NCBI GenBank assembly: GCA_964016885.1
Contig: OZ024741.1
Span: 412,982,001-413,046,000 of the forward strand
DNA: 64,000 bases
Source of the DNA: Eledone cirrhosa
Lineage: Eukaryota
Reading direction: 5' to 3'
Positions 53,601-64,000 of the stretch are shown in pieces (position 1 is the first letter of the stretch; every line of letters starts with the position of its first letter). Below the pieces are notes generated by a model. It was not told the DNA's origin. It did not search any database and saw nothing but the letters and a program-made list of their open reading frames with translations. The position numbers and the translations under genes were made by a program.

Positions 53601-56600
53601 ACCAACATTACCTATATAACACTGTCCCCCCTTACTATCACACCACAACCACCACCATTACCTATACAACACTGTACCCCCTTACCATCACACCACCACC
53701 ACCACCATTACCTATACAACACTGTCCCCCTTACCATCACACCACCACCACCATTACCTATACAACACTGTGCTCCCATACCATCACACCACCACCATTA
53801 CCTATACAACACTGTCCCCCGTTACCATCACACCACCACCACCATTACCTATACAACACTGTCCCCCCTTACCATCACACAACCACCACCATTACCTATA
53901 CAACACTGTCCCCCATTACCATCACACCACCACCACCACCATTACCTATACAACACTGTCCCCCGTTACCATCACACCACCACCACCACCTATACAGCAC
54001 TGTCCCCCCTTACCATCACACCACCACCACCACCACCACCTATACAACACTGTCCCCCCTTACCATCACACCACCACCACCACCATTACCTATACAACAC
54101 TGTCCTCCCTTACCATCACACCACCACCACCACCACCATTACCTATACAACACTGTCCTCCCTTACCATCACACCACCACCACCACCACCATTACCTATA
54201 CAACACTGTCCCCCCTTATCATCACACCACAACCACCAACATTACCTATACAACACTATCCCCCCTTACCATCACACCACTACCACCACCATTACCTATA
54301 CAACACTGTCCCCCCTTACCATCACACCACCACCACCATTAACTATACAACACTGTTGCCTCCATACCATCACACCAACACCACCACCATTACCTATACA
54401 ACACTGTCCTCCCTTACCATCACACCACCACCACCACCACTATTACCTATACAACACTGTCCTCCCTTACCATCACACCACCATCATCACCATTACCTGT
54501 ACAACACTGTCCTCCCTTACCATCACACCACCATTACCTATACAACACAGTCCCCCCTTACCATCACACCACCACCACCACCACCACCATTACCTGTACA
54601 ACACTTCCAACCCTTACCATCACACCACCACCAACATTACGTATACAACACTGTCCCCCATACCATCACACCACCACCACCTATACAACACTTTCCTCCC
54701 TTATCATCACACCACCACCATTACCTATACAACACTGTCCCTCCTTACCATCACACCACCACCACCACCACCTCCACCTATACAACACGCTCCCCCCTTA
54801 CCATCACACCACCACCACCACCATTACCTATACAACACTGTCCTCCCTTACCATCAAACCACCACCATTACCTATACAACACTGTCCCCCCTTACCACCA
54901 CACCACAACTACCAACATTACCTATACAACACTGTCCCCCCTTACCATCACACCACCACCAGAACCATTACCTATACAACACTGTCCCCCCTTACCATCA
55001 CACCACCACCACCATTACCTATACAACACTGTCCTCCCATACCATCACAATACCCCCACCACCATTACCTATACAGCACTTTCCCCCGTTACCATCACAC
55101 CACCACCACCATTACCTATACAACACTATCCCCTTTTACCATCACACCACCACCACCATTACCTATACAACACTGTCCCCCGTTACCATCACACTACAAC
55201 CATTACCTATACAGCACTGTCCCCCCTTACCATCACACCACCACCACCACCTATACAACACTGTCCCCCCTTACCATCACACCACCACCAACACCATTAC
55301 CTATACAACACTGTCCTCCCTTACCATCACACCACCACCATTACCTATACAACACTGTCCTCCCTTACCATCACACCACCAATATTACCTATACAACACT
55401 GTCCCCCCTTATCATCACACCACCACCATTACCTATACAACACTGTCCCCCCCTTACCATCACACCAGCACCACCACCATTACCTATACAACACTGTCCC
55501 CCTTTACCATCACACCACCACCACCATTACCTATACAACACTGTTGCCCCCATACCATCACTCCACCACCACCACCATTACCTATACAACACTGTCCTCC
55601 CTTACCATTACACCACCACCACCACCATTACCTATACAACACTGTCCTCCCTTACCATCACACCACCATCACCACCGTTTACCTATACAACACTGTCCTC
55701 ACTTACCATCACACCACCACCACCACCATTACCTATACAACACTGTCCCCCCTTACCATCACACCACCACCACCACCATTACCTATACAACACTTTCCTC
55801 CCTTATCATCACACCACCACCATTACCTATACAACACTGTCCCCCCTTACCATCACACCACCACCATTACCTATACAACACTGTTCCCGGCCATACCATC
55901 ACACCACCACCAACACCATTACCTATACAACACTGTCCCCCGTTACCATCACACCACAACCACCACCACCTCCACCTATACAACACTGTTCCCCCTTACC
56001 ATCACACCACCACCACCACCATTACCTATACAACACTGTCCTCCCTTACCATCACACCACCACCATTACCTATACAACACTGTCCCCCCTTACCACCACA
56101 CCACCACTACCACCATTACCTATACAACACTGTCCTCCCTTACCATCACACAACCACCACCACCATTACCTATACAACACTGTCCCCCCTTAACATCTCA
56201 CCACCACTACCAACATTACCTATACAACACTGTCCCCCCTTACCATCCCACCACCATTACCTATACAACACTGTCCCCCCTTACCATCACACCACCACCA
56301 CCACCATTACCTATACAAAACTGTCCCCACTTACCATCCCACCACCATTACCTATACAACACTGTCCCCCCTTACCATCACACCACCGCCACCATTACCT
56401 ATACAACACTGTTGCCCCCATACCATCACACCACCACCACCATTACCTATACAACACTGTCCCCCCTCACCATCACACAACCACCACCATTACCTATACA
56501 ACACTGTCCCCCGTTACCATCACAACACCACCACCTATACAGCACTCTCCCCCCTTACCATCACACCACCACCACCACCACCTATACAACACTGTCCCCC

Positions 56601-59600
56601 CTTACCATCACACCACCACCACCATCATTACCTATACAACACTGTCCTCCCTTACCATCACACCACCACCACCACCACCATTACCTATACAACACTGTCT
56701 CCCCTTATCATCACACCACAACCACCAACATTACCTATACAACACTGTCCCCCCTTACCATCACACCACTACCACAACCATTACCTATACAACACTGTCC
56801 CCCTTACCATCACACCACCACCACCATTAACTATACAACACTGTTGCCTCCATACCACCACACCACCACCACCACCATTACCTATACAACAATGTCCTCC
56901 CTTACCATCACACCACCACCACCACTATTACCTATAAAACACTGTCCTCCCTTACCATCACACCACCATCACCACCATTACCTCTACAACACTGTCCTCC
57001 CTTACCATCACACCACCACCACCATCATTACCTATACAACACAGTCCCCCCTTACCATCACACCACCATCACCACCATTACCTCTACAACACTGTCCTCC
57101 CTTACCATCACACCACCATCACCACCATTACCTCTACAACACTGTCCTCCCTTACCATCACACCACCACCACCATCATTACCTATACAACACTGTCCTCC
57201 CTTACCATCACACCACCACCACCACCACCATTACCTATACAACACTGTTCCCGGCCATACCATCACACCACCACCAACACCATTACCTATACAACACTGT
57301 CCCCCATTACCATCACACCACCACCACCATTACCTATACAACACAGTCCCCCCTTACCATCACACCACCACCATCACTACCACCATTACCTGTACAGCAC
57401 TTCCAACCCTTACCATCACACACCACCAACATTACGTATACAACACTGTCCCCCATACCATCACACCACCACCACCTATACAACACTGTCCCCCCTTACC
57501 ATCACACCACCACCACCACCATTACCTATGCAACACTTTCCTCCCTTATCATCACACCACCACCACCACCATTACCTATACAACACTGTCCCCCCTTACC
57601 ATCACACCACCACCACCATTACCTATACAACACTGTTCCCGGCCATACCATCACACCACCACCAACACCATTACCTATACAACACTGTCCCCCATTACCA
57701 TCACACCACCACCACCATTACCTATACAACACTGTCCCCCGTTACCATCACACCACCACCACCTATACAGCACTGTCCCCCCTTACCATCACACCACCAC
57801 CACCACCTATACAAAACTGTCCCCCCTTACCATCACACCACCACCACCACCATTACCTATACAACACTGTCCTCCCTTACCATCACACAACCACCACCAC
57901 CATTACCTATACAACACTGTCCCCCCTTAACATCTCACCACCACTACCAACATTACCTATACAACACTGTCCCCCCTTACCATCACACCACCACCACCAT
58001 TACCTATACAACACTGTTCCCGGCCATACCATCACACCACCACCAACACCATTACCTATACAACACTGTCCCCCATTACCATCACACCACCACCACCATT
58101 ACCTATACAACACTGTTCCCGGCCATACCATCACACCACCACCAACACCATTACCTATACAACACTGTCCCCCATTACCATCACACCACCACCACCATTA
58201 CCTATACAACACTGTTCCCGGCCATACCATCACACCACCACCAACACCATTACCTATACAACACTGTCCCCCCTTACCATCACACCACCACCACCATTAC
58301 CTATACAACACTGTTCCCGGCCATACCATCACACCACCACCAACACCATTACCTATACAACACTGTCCTCCCTTACCATCACACCACCACCATTACCTAT
58401 ACAACACTGTTCCCCGTTACCATCACACCACCACCACCTATACAGCACTGTCCCCCCTTACCATCACACCACCACCACCACCTATACAAAACTGTCCCCC
58501 CTTACCATCACACAACCACCACCACCATTACCTATGCAACACTTTCCTCCCTTATCATCACACCACCACTACCACCATTACCTATACAACACTGTCCCCC
58601 CTTACCATCACACCACCACCACCATTACCTATACAACACTGTTCCCGGCCATAACATCACACCACCACTACCAACATTACCTATACAACACTGTCCCCCA
58701 TTACCATCACACCACCACCACCATTACCTATACAACACTGTCCTCCCTTACCATCACACCACCACCATTACCTATACAACACTGTCCCCCGTTACCATCA
58801 CACCACCACCACCTATACAGCACTGTCCCCCCTTACCATCACACCACCACCACCACCTATACAACACTGTCTTCCCTTATCATCACACCACCACTACCAC
58901 CATTACCTATACAACACTGTCCCCCCTTACCATCACACCACCACCACCGTTACCTATACAACACTGTCCCGCCTTACCATCACACCACCACCACCACCAT
59001 TACCTATACAACACTGTCCTCCCTTACCATCACACAACCACCACCACCATTACCTATACAACACTGTCCCCCCTTAACATCTCACCACCACCACCATTAC
59101 CTATACAACGCTGTCCTCCCTTACCATCCCACCACCATTACCTATACAACACTGTCCTCCCTTACCATCCCACCAACATTACCTATACAACACTGTCCCC
59201 CCTTACCATCCCACCACCATTACCTATACAACACTGTCCCCCCTTACCATCACACCACCACCACCACCATTACCTATACAACACTTGCCCCCATACCATC
59301 ACACCACCACCATTAACTATACAACACTGTCCTCCCTTACCATTACACCACCACCACCACCATTACCTATACAACACTGTCCTCCCTTACCATCACACCA
59401 CCATCACCACCATTACCTATACAACACTGTCCTCCCTTACCATCACACCACCACTATTACCTATACAACACTGTCCCCCCTTATCATCACACCACCACCA
59501 CCACCATTAACTATACAACACTGTCCTCCCTTACCATCACACCACCACCACCACTACCACCATTACCTATACAACACTGTCCCCCGTTACCATCACACCA

Positions 59601-62600
59601 CCACCACCACCACGTCCACCTATACAACACTGTCCCCCCTTACCATCACACCACCACTACCAACATTAACTATACAACACTGTCCCCCCTTACCATCACA
59701 CCACCAACACCATTACCTATACAACACTGTCCTCCCTTACCATCACACCACCACCGTTACTTATACAACACTGTCCCCCCTTACCATCACACCACCACCA
59801 CCACCACCGCCATTACCTATACAACACTGTCCCCCTTTACCATCACACCACCACCATTACTTATACAACACTGTCCCCCCTTACCATCACACCACCACCC
59901 CCATTACCTATACAACACTGTCCCCCCTTACCATCACACCACCACCCCCACCATTACCTATACAACACTGTCCCCCGTTACCATCACACCACCACCACCA
60001 TTACCTATACAACACTATCCCCTCTTACCATCACACCACCACCACCATTACCTATACAACACTGTCCCCCGTTACCATCACACCACCACCACCATTACCT
60101 ATACAACACTATCCCCTCTTACCATCACACCACCACCACCATTACCTATACAACACTGTCCCCCATTACCATCACACCACCACCTATACAGCACTGTCCC
60201 CCCTTACCATCACACCACCACCACCACCTATACAACACTGTCCCCCCTTACCATCACACCACCACCAACACCATTACCTATACAACACTGTCCTCCCTTA
60301 CCATTACACCACCACCATTACCTATACAACACTGTCCCCCCTTACTATCACACCACCACCACCACCATTACCTATACAACACTGTCCCCCCTTAACATCT
60401 CACCATCACCACCACCATTACCTATACAACACTGTCCCCCCTTAACATCTCACCACCACCATTACCTATACAACACTGTCCCCCCTTACCATCACACCAC
60501 TACCACCATTACCTATACAACACTGTCCCCCCTTATCATCACACCACCACCATTACCTATACAACACTGTCCCCCCTTACCATCACACCACCACCACCAT
60601 TACCTATACAACACTGTTGCCCCCATACTATCACACCACCACCACCACCATTACCTATACAACACTGTCCTCCCTTACCATTACACCACCACCACCATAA
60701 CCTATACAACACTGTCCTCCCTTACCATCACACCACCATCACCACCATTACCTATACAACACTGTCCTCACTTACCATCACACCACCACCACCACCATTA
60801 CCTATACAACACTGTCCCCACATATCATCACACCACCACCACCACCATTACCTATACAACACTGTCCTCCCTTACCATTACACCACCACCACCATAACCT
60901 ATACAACACTGTCCTCCCTTACCATCACACCACCATCACCACCATTACCTATACAACACTGTCCTCACTTACCATCACACCACCACCACCACCATTACCT
61001 ATACAACACTGTCCCCACATATCATCACACCACCACCACCACCATTACCTATACAACACTGTCCTCCCTTACCATGACACCACCACCATTACCTATACAA
61101 CACTGTCCTCCCTTACCATCACACCACCACCATTACCTATACAACACTGTCCTCCCTTACCATCACACCACCACCACCACCATTACCTATACAACACTGT
61201 CCTCCTTACCATCACACCACCACCATTACCTATACAACACTGTCTTCCCTTACCATCACACCATCACCGTTACCTATACAACACTGTCCCGCCTTACCAT
61301 CACACCACCACCACCACCATTACCTATACAACACTGTCCTCCCTTACCATCACACAACCACCACCACCATTACCTATACAACACTGTCCCCCTTACCATC
61401 ACACCACCACCACCATTACCTGTACAACACTTCCCCCTTACCATCGCGCCACCACCACCATTACCTATACAACACTGTCCCCCGCCATACCATCACACCA
61501 CCACTACCAACATTACCCATAAAACACTGTCCTCCCTTACCATCACACCACCACCACCACCCCCATTACCTATACAACACTGTACCCCTTACCATCACAC
61601 CACCACCACCACCAACATTACCTATACAACACTGTCCCCCCTACCATCACACCACCACCACCATTACCTATACAACACTGTCCCCCGCCATACCATCACA
61701 CCACCACCAACACCATTACCTATACAACACTGTCCCCCGTTACCATCACACCACCACCACCACCACCACCTCCACCTATACAACACTGTCCCCCCTTACC
61801 ATCACACCACCACCACCACCTATACAACACTGTCCCCCCTTACTATCACACCACCATCACCACCATTACCTATACAACACTGTCCCTCCTTACCATCACA
61901 CCACCACCACCATTACCTTTACAACACTGTCCTCCCTTACCATCACACCACCACCACCACCATTACCTATACAACACTGTCCTACCATACCATAACACCA
62001 CCACCACCACCATTACCTATACAACACTGTCCCCCCTTACCATCACACCACCACCACCATTACCTTTACAACACTGTCCTCCCTTACCATCACACCACCA
62101 CCGTTACTTATACAACACTGTCACCCCTTACCATCACACCACCACCCCCACCATTACCTATACAACACTGTCCCCCCTTACTATCACACCACCACCACCT
62201 ATACAACACTGTCCCCCTTTACCATCACAACACCACCACCTATACAACACTGTCCCCCTTTACCATCACACCACCACCACCACCATTACCTATGCAACAC
62301 TGTCCCCCCTTACCATCACACCACCACCAGAACCATTACCTATACAACACTGTCCCCCCTTACCATCACACCACCACCACCATTACCTATACAACACTGT
62401 CCTCCCATACCATCACACCACCCCCACCACCATTACCTATACAACACTGTCCCCCGTTACCATCACACCACCACCACCATTACCTATACAACACTATCCC
62501 CTCTTGCCATCACACCACCACCACCATTACCTATACAACACTGTCCCCCGTTACCATCACACTACAACCATTACCTATACAACAATGTCACCCATTACCA

Positions 62601-64000
62601 TCACACCACCACCTATACAGCACTGTCCCCCCTTACCATCACACCACCACCACCACCTATACAACACTGTCCTCCCTTACCATCACACCACCACCAACAC
62701 CATTACCTATACAACACTGTCCTCCCTTACCATTACACCACCACCATTACCTATACAACACTGTCCCCCATTACTATCACACCACCACCACCACCATTAC
62801 CTATACAACACTGTCCCCCCTTAACATCTCACCACCACTACCAACATTACCTATACAACACTGTCCCCCCTTACCATCACACCAGCACCACCACCATTAC
62901 CTATACAACACTGTCCCCCCTTACTATCACACCACCACCACCATTACCTATACAACACTGTTGCCCCATACCATCACACCACCACCATTACCTATACAAC
63001 ACTGTCCTCCCTTACCATTACACCACCACCACCATTACCTATACAACACTGTCCTCCCTTACCATCACACCACCATCACCACCATTACCTATACAACACT
63101 GTCCTCACTTACCATCACACCACCACCACCACCATTACCTATACAACACTGTCCCCACATATCATCACACCACCACCACCAACATTACCTATACAACACT
63201 GTCCTCCCTTACCATCACACCACCACCATTACCTATACAACACTGTCCTCCCTTACCATCACACCACCACCATTACCTATACAACACTGTCCTCCCTTAC
63301 CATCACACCACCACCACCACCACCATTACCTATACAACACTGTCCCCCTTTACCATCACACCACCACCATTACCTATACAACACTCCCCCCTTACCATCA
63401 CACGACCACCATAACCTATACAACACTGTCCTCCCTTACCATCACACCACCACCACCAGCATTACCTATACAACACTGTCCTCCTTACCATCACACCACC
63501 ACCATTACCTATACAACACTGTCTTCCCTTACCATCACACCATCACCGTTACCTATACAACACTGTCCCGCCTTACCATCACACTACCACCACCACCATT
63601 ACCTATACAACACTGTCCTCCCTTACCATCACACAACCACCACCACCATTACCTATACAACACTGTCCCCCTTACCATCACACCACCACCACCATTACCT
63701 GTACAACACTTCCCCCTTACCATCACGCCACCACCACCATTACCTATACAACACTGTCCCCCGCCATACCATCACACCACCACTACCAACATTACCTATA
63801 AAACACTGTTCTCCCTTACCATCACACCACCACCACCACCCCCATTACCTATACAACACTGTCCCCCCTTACCATCACACCACCATTACCTATACAACAC
63901 TGTCCCTCCTTACCATCACACCACCACCACCACCATTACATATACAACACTGTCCCCCCTACCATCACACCACCACCACCATTACCTATACAACACTGTC

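Larger units (their letters stand above)
36920..64000. repeat. Large C-rich satellite array, unit TTACCTATACAACACTGTCC(T/C)CCCTTACCATCACA(CCA)n, mostly 41-53 bp, commonly 50 bp; >27 kb, runs off the window end
   Basis: Hundreds of units visible; length varies by CCA triplets. Confidence 0.98.

Noticed and set aside
36950-62824. Very long Pro/His/Thr-rich ORFs (up to 1519 aa) resembling extensin or mucin
   Set aside because: They translate a satellite whose + strand rarely contains stops. All three frames give the same peptides because the unit length is not a multiple of 3.
36920-64000. CRISPR-like constant repeat with variable spacer
   Set aside because: The variable part is only (CCA)n length variation, not unique spacers. 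There are no cas genes and the context is eukaryotic.

Overview
Eukaryotic, repeat-saturated, gene-free window. It is probably from a coleoid cephalopod such as octopus, but that is inferred only from the repeat content. Bases 1-36.9 kb are a nested pile of retroelements, mostly embedded in (TA)n or (ATT)n microsatellites. They include at least three RTE-clade LINE families whose RT carries an inserted PHD-type zinc finger, two tRNA-derived SINE families, and one 5'-truncated Penelope-like element (RT tail plus GIY-YIG) with 640-bp inverted arms. There are also fragments of Tx1/L1-like, R4/Dong-like and CRE-like elements and a non-autonomous Helitron. From about 36.9 kb to the end is a >27-kb C-rich satellite with a ~50-bp unit, multi-kb higher-order duplications and two copies of a 908-bp Helitron. 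The most striking signal is about ten unrelated short non-coding sequences, mostly in inverted or palindromic arrangements, each carrying a minimal type I hammerhead-ribozyme motif. Some have core variants (U3-A8 covariant, U4C, extra nucleotide), and one forms a ~422-bp tandem, retrozyme-like array. All calls were made by eye; no searches or folding programs were run.
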